The notes beneath the pieces were generated by a model that was given only the letters and a program-made list of their open reading frames with translations, was not told the origin of the DNA and did not search any database. This document shows, piece after piece, positions 36,015 to 44,401 of a DNA stretch of 64,000 nucleotides. The stretch covers positions 7,075 through 71,074 of the forward strand of contig JAZDLO010000058.1 of NCBI GenBank assembly GCA_043801935.1. The letters run 5' to 3'. This stretch comes from a bacterium (lineage in GTDB: Bacteria > Actinomycetota > Thermoleophilia > RBG-16-64-13). The position numbers and the translations under genes were made by a program. The first letter of the stretch is position 1; every line of letters starts with the position of its first letter.

Positions 36015-36464
36015 ATGCCCAGACCTGAAGAAGTCGAAGTAGTCGAAGCGATGAAGGCGGCTAAGACGGCCGAGGAGATCCTCGAGTCGTGGACCAAGCA
36101 GAGGCCCGGTTACGGCAAACCGCCGGATGATCCCACGCTTGATTTCTACAAAGACAACAAGCCGGAGATGCTGTCCACTTTCGCTCACAACCAGCTCACG
36201 CAGCTGCTCGACCGCGGCATCCTGGACCCCAAGACCCGCTATCTCATCCTGATCGCGTGCTACATGATGGAGAACCATTGGGAAGGTGTGCTGCCGCAGG
36301 CCTGCAATGCCAAAGCGGCCGGGGCGACCGACGAAGAGATCATGGAAGTGGCGTTCTGCGCCTGTTACGCCGTGGGCAAGGCCAAGATGCAGGAGAGCGG
36401 CGCCTGCCTCAACAAGGTATTCGCCAGCAACACCTTCCAGAGCATCGAGAGGCTGGAGAAGTAA
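36015..36464 (+). CDS. Carboxymuconolactone decarboxylase (AhpD-like) family protein
   Basis: 149 aa, all-helical. LDPKTRYLILIACYMMENHWEGV...AGATDEEIMEV is typical of the CMD fold. AAGGAG SD. Confidence 0.6.
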   Translation: MPRPEEVEVVEAMKAAKTAEEILESWTKQRPGYGKPPDDPTLDFYKDNKPEMLSTFAHNQLTQLLDRGILDPKTRYLILIACYMMENHWEGVLPQACNAKAAGATDEEIMEVAFCACYAVGKAKMQESGACLNKVFASNTFQSIERLEK

Positions 36465-36553
36465 CTCAGGGGAATCGGCCCTCGACACGTGGGTCGATGG
36501 ACCCGCAAGGGCCCGGTTAGCGGTCGACCATGAGAGCCGATGAGGCTTTGCGG

Positions 36554-36581
36554 AAAAAGCTCCGTAACGCGGGGCTTTTTC
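36554..36581 (+). terminator. Rho-independent terminator after the CMD gene
   Basis: AAAAAGCTCCG-TAACG-CGGGGCTTTTT: a 6-bp GC stem with one G-U pair, flanked by an A-run and a T-run. Confidence 0.7.
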
Positions 36582-36765
36582 TATCCCAATATCCAGCTTT
36601 GGCACGCCAGGGATCCCCCCAGGGCCTCTCCACCAGAACGCGCCCTTCTCTGGTAGGCTTTGTTCAAGCCGTCAGGACGGTGTTCCAGGCTATTGAAGAG
36701 GGGTATGACCCACCGCTGAACATATGAGACGGGGCGACGGCCTGTTTCCAGGGAGGGATACGTTC

Positions 36766-38712
36766 ATGCAGACCAAGTTTCCCAAGTTGTTCGAGCCGGG
36801 ATGCGTAAGGACCGTCAGGCTCAAGAACCGGGTGATCAAGGCCCCTCAGCACACGGGTCTTGCCAACCCGGACGGTTCCATCACCGAAAGGATGCTCCGC
36901 TACTACAAAGAGGTGGCTTTGGGTGGAGTCGGCATGGTGATCGTCGAGTACGCCTGGGTCGATGACGATGCGAGCAGAGCATCGCCCTGTCAACTCGGCA
37001 TCGCCCGCATGGATCACATCCCCGGGCTCTCGTTGCTCGCACAGACCATCCAAGCCAACGGGGCGAAGGCGGCGATCCAGATATCGCACGCGGGCCGGCA
37101 GAGGTTCACGCTTGAAAGGCCGAAGGCCCCGTCGACCGTTCCTTGGGAGGAACTCTATGCCGCCGGTTGCCCGGCCCCAGAGGCGTTGACCTTCGATGAG
37201 ATACTGCAGATCGTCAAGTCGTTTGGACAGGCGGCGAAGAGGGCACAGATCGCGGATTTCGACATGGTCGAGATACACGCTTGTCACGGCTATCTCATCT
37301 CGAATTTCCTCTCGCCCCGGACGAACAAACGGACCGACTGGTACGGCGGCCCGCTGGAAAACCGCATGCGTTTCTTGCTGAAAGTCATCGTTGAGATCAG
37401 GGACCAAGTCGGACCTGAATACCCCGTATGTGTGAGGCTGAGCGGCACCGATTACGAGCCGGACGGTACAACGATCGAAGAGACGGCGGAGTTGTGCGGG
37501 CGGCTCGAAGCGATGGGGGTCGCCGCCATCCACATGTCGGGAGGGAACCACCACCAGACCATCCATGAAGTCAGTCCGATGGGCATGTCCCTAGCGCACA
37601 ATGTCTGGGCGGCGGAGGCGGTGAAGAAGAAGGTCAAGATACCGGTCGTCGCTTCGGGGTCCATCAACCTTCCCGAGCTGGCAGAACATATCCTGGCCGA
37701 AGGCAAAGGGGACTTCATCGGATTGGGGAGACCTCTTTGGGCCGACGCGGAATGGCCTCTCAAGGCGAGGGAAGGCAGACCGGAAGACATCAGACCTTGT
37801 ATCCGTTGTAACGACGGTTGCCTGGCGAGAGGCGACCACCAGGCTAAGACCGTCTCCTGCTCGGTCAATGTCGCGGTCTGCCGGGAAGACGAGTTCAAGA
37901 TCACCAAAGCAGAACGCTCCAGGAATGTCGCCGTGATCGGCGGAGGGCCGGCGGGCATGGAGGCGGCGAGAGTATGTGCGCTGAAAGGTCATCAGGTGAC
38001 CCTGTACGAGAAGCGGGAACTGGGAGGCGCGCTGCTCGAAGCCGCGATCCCGGATTTCAAAGCCCCCGACCTGCGGCCTCTCATCGACTACTTGAGGACA
38101 CAGATAGAGAAGCTCCAGATCAAGATCGTCGGGGAAGAAGCCACGTCGAAGGCCATCAAGAATGGCGGATACGACGCGGTGATCGTCGCTACGGGCGCCA
38201 CCCCCTTGGCCTTGGAAGACGTCCAAGGGATCGCCCACGAGAAAGTGACCAGCGCTTCGCAAGTGCTTCATGGTGAAGCAACGCTAGGGACCAAGATCGC
38301 CGTCATCGGCGGCGGGATCGTGGGGACAGAGGTCGGTCTCTTTTTGGCCGAACGGGGCAAAGAAGTCGTGTTCGTCGAGATGCTCGACACCTTCATGAAC
38401 AACATCACCTTTGACGAGCAGTTGGTCTACGAAGAACGCTTCAAGGATCTCAACGTCTCGATCCATACCGGCAAGCGCCTGGAAAGCGTGTCGGATGACG
38501 GCGTCACAGTGGTCGACCGATTCGGGGCGAAGACCACGATCACCGTTGATTCTGTGGTGCTGGCTGCCGGTTACACGCCTAATCGAGAGCTCATCGACGC
38601 TTTGAGCAATGATCCTGACCTCCAGGTGTTTGAAGCGGGCGACTGTGTCAGACCGCGAAAGATCTTCGATGCGATCCGCGACGGACATCTTGCCGCCAAG
38701 CTGCTGAATTAG
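36766..38712 (+). CDS. FadH/enoate-reductase-type flavoenzyme (OYE-like FMN domain, [4Fe-4S], FAD/NAD(P) domain), copy 1
   Basis: ATG 36766 follows GGGAGGGA. Motifs: HACHGYLISNFLSPRTNKRTDWYGG, CIRCNDGC...C, VAVIGGGPAGMEAA, IAVIGGGIVGTEV. Confidence 0.88.
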   Translation: MQTKFPKLFEPGCVRTVRLKNRVIKAPQHTGLANPDGSITERMLRYYKEVALGGVGMVIVEYAWVDDDASRASPCQLGIARMDHIPGLSLLAQTIQANGAKAAIQISHAGRQRFTLERPKAPSTVPWEELYAAGCPAPEALTFDEILQIVKSFGQAAKRAQIADFDMVEIHACHGYLISNFLSPRTNKRTDWYGGPLENRMRFLLKVIVEIRDQVGPEYPVCVRLSGTDYEPDGTTIEETAELCGRLEAMGVAAIHMSGGNHHQTIHEVSPMGMSLAHNVWAAEAVKKKVKIPVVASGSINLPELAEHILAEGKGDFIGLGRPLWADAEWPLKAREGRPEDIRPCIRCNDGCLARGDHQAKTVSCSVNVAVCREDEFKITKAERSRNVAVIGGGPAGMEAARVCALKGHQVTLYEKRELGGALLEAAIPDFKAPDLRPLIDYLRTQIEKLQIKIVGEEATSKAIKNGGYDAVIVATGATPLALEDVQGIAHEKVTSASQVLHGEATLGTKIAVIGGGIVGTEVGLFLAERGKEVVFVEMLDTFMNNITFDEQLVYEERFKDLNVSIHTGKRLESVSDDGVTVVDRFGAKTTITVDSVVLAAGYTPNRELIDALSNDPDLQVFEAGDCVRPRKIFDAIRDGHLAAKLLN

Positions 38713-38790
38713 TGTCGGGGGACGATCCACAGCTGTCTGCGAGAGCTCACTTTTCTCTGATACGCTGTGCCCGAACTCGGGCGGCGCTCG

Positions 38791-38823
38791 CGGGGCCCTT
38801 GTTGGTCACGGGGCCCTTGTTGG
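38791..38823. repeat. Tandem direct repeat CGGGGCCCTTGTTGG x2 (3-nt spacer) upstream of the second flavoenzyme gene
   Basis: 38791-38805 and 38809-38823 are identical 15-mers. AGCTCACTT also occurs on both sides of them, at about 38745 and 38843. Confidence 0.7.
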
Positions 38824-38872
38824 CCGCCGGGCGTTGTGTGGAAGCTCACTTCGACGAGCATGAGAGGCGCTG

Positions 38873-40948
38873 ATGGCACCTTCCCAGTACGAACACCTTT
38901 TTTCGCCGCTCAGCATCGGCAAGGTGCAGCTGAGGAACCGGATCGTCAAGAGCGCGGCGCAGACCTATTTCTTTGAGCTAGGCGAGCATCGCGTCGGCGG
39001 CATAGCCAAGGCTTTCTACGGAGCGGTGGCACGAGGTGGGGTGGGCCTGATCATCGTCGAGACTCCCGCCATGGAGTGGCCCCTGGCAGAGACAGGCGAC
39101 CGGCGCTTTCGGGTCGACGACGACAAATACATCAAAGAGATCGGCGAGCTTGCCGCCGAGATCCACCGGCACCGCTGCCCAGCCTTCGTCCAGTTCTACC
39201 ATCGCGGCCCGTGGGGGGGTCCCTATCACACCGTGGCCAAGAGAGTGGCCGCGTCGCCTGTGACCTTCCCTTCGATGTTCGACGTCCACGAGGAGGAGCC
39301 GCCGCACGCTTTGACCATCGCCGAGATCGAGGAGCTGGTCGAGCGGTACGCCGGCGGGGCCCTCCGGATAGCCGAGGCCGGATTCGACGGCATCGAGGTC
39401 CACGCCGGCGCCGATCATCTCTTCGATACCTTCTTGTCCCGCTTCTGGAACAGGCGAGACGACATCTACGGCCCTCAGAGCATGGAGAACCGGACTCGCT
39501 TCGTGCTCGCAGTCATCAAGGAGATCAAGAAGCGGGTGGGGCAGGATTTCCCCGTACAGGTGTTCATGAACGGCGTCGAGGCCGGCGTGGGTGAGCTGGG
39601 GCTCAGCGTGGAGGAAAACAAGACACTGGCCCGGATATACGAGGAAGCCGGAGCCGACTCCTTGCACGTGAGATCTCATTGGGTCGGCCAGCACCAGGGA
39701 TCGTATCTGAGCGATACCCTCTTCTATCCCGAGCCGCTCATTCCCCTGAGTGAGTTTCCCAAGGAGATGGACTGGAGCCACCATGGATTTCTGTGCAACG
39801 TGCCGCTGGCGGCGGCCATCAAGCGGGTGGTCTCCATCCCCGTGATGACAGTGTGCGGGTTCGACGCCGATTCGGGAGAAAAGGTCTTGCGGGAGGGCCA
39901 AGCCGATCTGATCGGCTTCAACCGGCGCATCTTCGCCGATCCTGAGTACCCCAACAAGGTCCGCGCGGGCCGGTTTGACGACATTCAGCCCTGCACCCAC
40001 TGCGGCCACTGCAGCAGCACCTACAACGAGGTGAGGAAGTGCCGCGTCAACGCCTGCTTCGGCACCGACCAATACGATGTGGCGCCGCTAGGCACGAAGA
40101 AGCGGGTCCTGGTGGTGGGCGGCGGCCCGGCCGGCATGCAGGCTGCCCGGGTAGCTGCGCTCCGGGGGCATGAGGTCACCCTGTGGGAGAAGGGCCGGTA
40201 CCTGGGCGGTTCGGTGCCCCTGGCGGCCATGGTCAAGGGGGTTCAACTGGAAGAGCTCCCCGATCTCCTTCGCTTCTTCAGAAAGCAGATGGAGAAACTG
40301 GGCGTCGATGTCAGGCTGGGCAAGGAGTTCGATGCGTCCATCATCGCCCAAGCCAAGCCTGACGTGGTGATCCTGGCTGCCGGGGGTAATCCGCTGGTAC
40401 CGGACGTCCCGGGGATCGATGGGCGAAACGTCATCAAGAGCAGCGACTTGTACGGAAGGCTGCGGTTCTATCTGGGGATCTTCGGACCCAAGAGGCTCCG
40501 GGGCCTGACCAGATTCTGGATGCCGGTGGGCCAGAAGGTGGTGATCATCGGCGGCGCTATCCACGGGTGCCAGTTGGGGGAATTCCTGGTCAAGCGGGGC
40601 AGGCAGGTGACGATCGTCGACACCGAGGGAGAGCTCGGCAAAGGAATGTACCCGGAGAGAAGGACCCGCCTCTTCTACTGGTTCGACAAGAAGGGCGTCA
40701 CCCGAATAGAGAGCGCGAAGCTCGTGGAGATCACGGAGAAAGGACTGTCTATCGTCACCAAAGAGGGAGTGGCGCGATTCCTCGAGGCGGACAGCATCAT
40801 ATGTGCCCTACCTTTCGTGCCGAACTCGGAACTGCTCGAGAGCTTGAAGGGCAAAGTGCCGGAGGTCTACCCTATTGGAGACTGCGAGGACCCCGGTCTC
40901 ATACGGGACGCCACCGCGGCCGGCTGGCGGGTGGCCAATGCGATCTAG
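38873..40948 (+). CDS. FadH/enoate-reductase-type flavoenzyme, copy 2
   Basis: Motifs: HAGADHLFDTFLSRFWNRRDDIYGP, CTHCGHC...C, VLVVGGGPAGMQAA, VVIIGGAIHGCQ. 691 aa. Confidence 0.88.
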   Translation: MAPSQYEHLFSPLSIGKVQLRNRIVKSAAQTYFFELGEHRVGGIAKAFYGAVARGGVGLIIVETPAMEWPLAETGDRRFRVDDDKYIKEIGELAAEIHRHRCPAFVQFYHRGPWGGPYHTVAKRVAASPVTFPSMFDVHEEEPPHALTIAEIEELVERYAGGALRIAEAGFDGIEVHAGADHLFDTFLSRFWNRRDDIYGPQSMENRTRFVLAVIKEIKKRVGQDFPVQVFMNGVEAGVGELGLSVEENKTLARIYEEAGADSLHVRSHWVGQHQGSYLSDTLFYPEPLIPLSEFPKEMDWSHHGFLCNVPLAAAIKRVVSIPVMTVCGFDADSGEKVLREGQADLIGFNRRIFADPEYPNKVRAGRFDDIQPCTHCGHCSSTYNEVRKCRVNACFGTDQYDVAPLGTKKRVLVVGGGPAGMQAARVAALRGHEVTLWEKGRYLGGSVPLAAMVKGVQLEELPDLLRFFRKQMEKLGVDVRLGKEFDASIIAQAKPDVVILAAGGNPLVPDVPGIDGRNVIKSSDLYGRLRFYLGIFGPKRLRGLTRFWMPVGQKVVIIGGAIHGCQLGEFLVKRGRQVTIVDTEGELGKGMYPERRTRLFYWFDKKGVTRIESAKLVEITEKGLSIVTKEGVARFLEADSIICALPFVPNSELLESLKGKVPEVYPIGDCEDPGLIRDATAAGWRVANAI

Positions 40949-41021
40949 GAGTTAGGCTCGGCCTACGGGCAAGACACGTTGGGACTGAAACCAGGTTGGA
41001 TTCTAAAGAAGGGGCGATCAA

Positions 41022-43637
41022 GTGGCAGCTGACAAAGGCAACGAAAAGACGGTCATCAAAGCCCTCGGCCTGAGCGGGGGTATCTTTGGGGCCGCGCCCT
41101 GTGCCGTGGACGTGAAAGACGGACGGATAATCAGGGTCAGGCCGCTGCATTATGACTCCAAGTACGATTCCAGCGAATTCAATGCCTGGAAGATCGAAAA
41201 GGACGGAAAGACTCTGAAACCGCTGATGAAGGCGGTCCCTTCTCCGTTCAGCCTGGCTTACAAGAAGAGAGCCTATTCCCCCAACCGGGTGAAGTATCCG
41301 CTGAAGAGGGTCGATTGGGACCCCAACGGCGAGCGCAACCCGCAGAACCGGGGCAAGAGCAAGTTCGTCAGGATCTCCTGGGACGAAGCTACCGATCTCA
41401 TCGCCGGCGAGATCAGAAGAGTGCATAAAGAATATGGACCGCTGGGCATCCTGGTCCAGGGCGACGGGCACGGGGAATGCAAGATGGTCCATGCGCCGCA
41501 CGGCTGCCCGACACTGCTCCTCGACAAGATGGGGGGGTTCACCCAGCAGGTCAGGAACCCGGACAGCTGGGAAGGGTGGTACTGGGGGGCCAAACACGTG
41601 TGGGGATCTGGTCTGATCGGCATGATGGCCCCCGCGGACAACATCGTGAAGGACATCTGCGAGAACAGCGACATGGTGGTGGTCTGGGGAGGCGACCCGG
41701 AGACGACACCCTGGGGATTCAGGGGGCAGTTCGCCAGTCGCCTCTGTTTTTTCTGGTCGGAGATCGGGATCAAACAAGTCTATATCTGTCCCGACCTGAA
41801 TTACGCCGCAGCCATTCACGCCGACAAATGGATCCCGATCCTCCCCAACACCGATGCTGCCCTTCAGCTGGCCATCATCTACATGTGGATCAAGGAGGGG
41901 ACGTACGACAAAGAGTATGTCGAGACCCATACCGTCGGTTTTGACAAAGTCAGAGCCTATGTCATGGGGGATGAGGATGGAGTTCCCAAGACGCCGGAGT
42001 GGGCTTCCGAGAAGTGCGGGGTTCCGGAGTGGACCATCAAGGCCCTGGCACGGGATTGGGCGAAGAAGATCGTCACGATAGGTCACTACTTCGGAGGGGG
42101 CATGGCCCGGGGGCCCTGGTCCCACGAGCCGGCGCGCTTGGAAGTGATCCTGCTGGGGATGCAGGGATTGGGCAAACCGGGTGTCCACCAGGCCCAGATC
42201 GCGTACCAAGGGATGCCCAGAAACATCATGGCCCGCGGCACCGGCCATATGGGGATGTTCCAGAATCTCGTGAACTCGCCTGCGGGGGACCGGTTGCTAA
42301 AGCCCCACAAGACCACGCCCACCGCCTGGGGCAAGCAGCTCCTCCCCAAGACCCTGATCGAGGAAGGCATCAAGAAGCCGCCGGTCCATTTCTGGGGGAC
42401 CGGAGGTCACGAGGTGCCGACGACGGATCAGTTCGTCAAGTACACCTATCCGATCCCGAAGGAAGACGGCGGGACGGAGATACACATGATCTGGACCGAC
42501 ACTCCTTGCCGCACCACCTGCTGGAACTGCGGCAACGATGTCGCCGATACCATGAGGCATCCGAAGATCGAGTGCATCGTGGCCCAGCACCCCTGGCTGG
42601 AGAACGACGCGCTGTTCTCCGACATCATCCTGCCGACCAACACCACTCTGGAGGTGGACGACATCTCCCCCTGCATCAGGGATGGAGATAGCTTCCAGAG
42701 CGTGTTGCTCATGAACCGGGCGATCAACCCCATCGGCGAATCCAAGAGCGACTACGAGGCGGTCTTGGAGGTCGCCAAAAAGCTCGGCAAGTACGACGAT
42801 GTCACCGAGGGCATGACGAATGAGGAACTGGTCAGGGCGGTCTTCGACGGTCTGGGGTTCGATGAACACATCAGCTGGGAGGAATTCCAGGAAAAGGGCT
42901 ACTGGGTGATCCCCGTGGATCCGGAATGGGAGAAGATCCCGGCAGGCCTCTACGGATTCTACGAGGATCCCGAAGCCAACCCGTTGCCCACGCCTACCGG
43001 AAAGCTCGAGTTCTATTCCGAGAGCCTTGCCCAGAACTTCCCCACCGACAACGAGAGACCGCCTATCCCCAAATGGATCGAGAAGAGCATCACCCATGAC
43101 GAGAGGATCACGAGCAAGCGGGCGGCCGTCTATCCTCTGCTCCTCATGTCCAACCACGGGAGATGGAGGGTCCACGCCCAATGTGACGACATCCCCTGGA
43201 CCCGAGAGGCTCCGACCTGCAAGGTCAAAGGCTTCGACGGCTACATGTACGAGCCTTGCTGGATGAACCCGAAGGACGCTGAGGCGAGGGGCATCAAGCA
43301 CGGCGACATCGTCAAGGTGTTCAACGAGAGGGGCGGCGTTCTCTGCGGCGCGCTGGTGTTCGAAAGGATCCGGCCCGGCGTGATCTCCATCGACCACGGA
43401 GCCAGGGCGGACTTCATCATTCCCGCCAAGCTGGACCGCGGGGGCGCGATCAACACCATCACTCCAGAGGGGCTGACTTCCAAGCATTGTGGCGGGCAGG
43501 CGACCAGCGGGTTCTTGGCTGAAGTGGAGCGAGTCTCCCTGAAGCAGATGGACGAATGGATGACAGATCATCCGGAGGCGTTCGAGAGGGAGTACGATCC
43601 GGCCTCGGGACTACGCTTCAACGCCTGGGTCGAGTGA
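41022..43637 (+). CDS. Molybdopterin oxidoreductase large subunit, AthL-like, clade A (copy A4), no adjacent small subunit
   Basis: 871 aa; GTG start after GAAGGGG. Closest to A1 (DWDPNGERNPQNRGKSKFVRISWDEA, QGDGHGECK, NPDSWEGWYWG, DAEARGIKHGDIVKVFNERG). The next gene, 43 nt on, is a TetR regulator. Confidence 0.9.
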   Translation: MAADKGNEKTVIKALGLSGGIFGAAPCAVDVKDGRIIRVRPLHYDSKYDSSEFNAWKIEKDGKTLKPLMKAVPSPFSLAYKKRAYSPNRVKYPLKRVDWDPNGERNPQNRGKSKFVRISWDEATDLIAGEIRRVHKEYGPLGILVQGDGHGECKMVHAPHGCPTLLLDKMGGFTQQVRNPDSWEGWYWGAKHVWGSGLIGMMAPADNIVKDICENSDMVVVWGGDPETTPWGFRGQFASRLCFFWSEIGIKQVYICPDLNYAAAIHADKWIPILPNTDAALQLAIIYMWIKEGTYDKEYVETHTVGFDKVRAYVMGDEDGVPKTPEWASEKCGVPEWTIKALARDWAKKIVTIGHYFGGGMARGPWSHEPARLEVILLGMQGLGKPGVHQAQIAYQGMPRNIMARGTGHMGMFQNLVNSPAGDRLLKPHKTTPTAWGKQLLPKTLIEEGIKKPPVHFWGTGGHEVPTTDQFVKYTYPIPKEDGGTEIHMIWTDTPCRTTCWNCGNDVADTMRHPKIECIVAQHPWLENDALFSDIILPTNTTLEVDDISPCIRDGDSFQSVLLMNRAINPIGESKSDYEAVLEVAKKLGKYDDVTEGMTNEELVRAVFDGLGFDEHISWEEFQEKGYWVIPVDPEWEKIPAGLYGFYEDPEANPLPTPTGKLEFYSESLAQNFPTDNERPPIPKWIEKSITHDERITSKRAAVYPLLLMSNHGRWRVHAQCDDIPWTREAPTCKVKGFDGYMYEPCWMNPKDAEARGIKHGDIVKVFNERGGVLCGALVFERIRPGVISIDHGARADFIIPAKLDRGGAINTITPEGLTSKHCGGQATSGFLAEVERVSLKQMDEWMTDHPEAFEREYDPASGLRFNAWVE

Positions 43638-43686
43638 GATAGGCGACCGCTAGGGACACTCGGCCTCGCGGAGAAGGAGGGTGCCG

Positions 43687-44274
43687 ATGGCGCGGATGAC
43701 GGCGGCGGAGCGTAAGGCTCAGATAATCGAAGTGGTGCTGGGCCTCGTGAACAAGCACGGAGTGCAGGGCACCACGACTGCTCGTATCGCGGCCGCGGCC
43801 GGAGTGACCGAGCCGACCCTCTATAAGTACTTCGACAATCGGCGGGAGATGCTCCTCGCCGCCCTCGACGTGGTTTTCGACCGAGCCGAGGAAGTGGTCA
43901 GGTCTTCCGACGAAAGCGATGCCGTCGAACGCCTCCGCAGGATCGGCCAATATCACACCCGAGAGACCAATGCGAAAAGGCTCGGGTTCGTCAATCCCCT
44001 CTTCGAGTTCATGGTGGCTCCTCCCGAGACAGGCCTGCGCGACAGGGTCAGGAGCCGAAATCTGGTCGTCATAAACGAGCTTGCTGCCATCGTCCAAGAG
44101 GGTAAGGCCCAGGGGCGCATCCGCCCGGACGTGGATGCCAAGCGCGTAGCCTGGCGGATAATGGGTTTCTACTGGTTCGAGGATGTCTCGTCCCTCATGG
44201 ATCTCTCCGAAGTCGTGACAGAGGGTATGTCGGAAGAGATGTTCGAGCGCATCATCGCCGATATCCGAGCCTAG
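43687..44274 (+). CDS. TetR/AcrR-family transcriptional regulator
   Basis: The HTH reads GVQGTTTARIAAAAGVTEPTLYKYFDNRREML. ATG 43687 lies 6 nt after GAAGGAGG; GTG 43681 is too close to the SD. Confidence 0.88.
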   Translation: MARMTAAERKAQIIEVVLGLVNKHGVQGTTTARIAAAAGVTEPTLYKYFDNRREMLLAALDVVFDRAEEVVRSSDESDAVERLRRIGQYHTRETNAKRLGFVNPLFEFMVAPPETGLRDRVRSRNLVVINELAAIVQEGKAQGRIRPDVDAKRVAWRIMGFYWFEDVSSLMDLSEVVTEGMSEEMFERIIADIRA

Positions 44275-44401
44275 GACCGAGACTATCGTGATCCTGGGCT
44301 GATGCGGCCCTGATTGACACGTAGTCCCCATCATGTTACAAGGATAGTCTGCGCTAACTTGGAGCGCTCGTCAGATCGGGAATCGTGAAAGGGGAGGGGC
44401 A

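Noticed and set aside
38843-38860. A GTCGAAGTGAGCTTCC string (minus strand) resembling the GTCGAAGTGCTTCCCC block of the 82-nt element.
   Set aside because: Only about 14 nt are similar, the orientation is opposite to the downstream gene, and none of the other conserved blocks is present.
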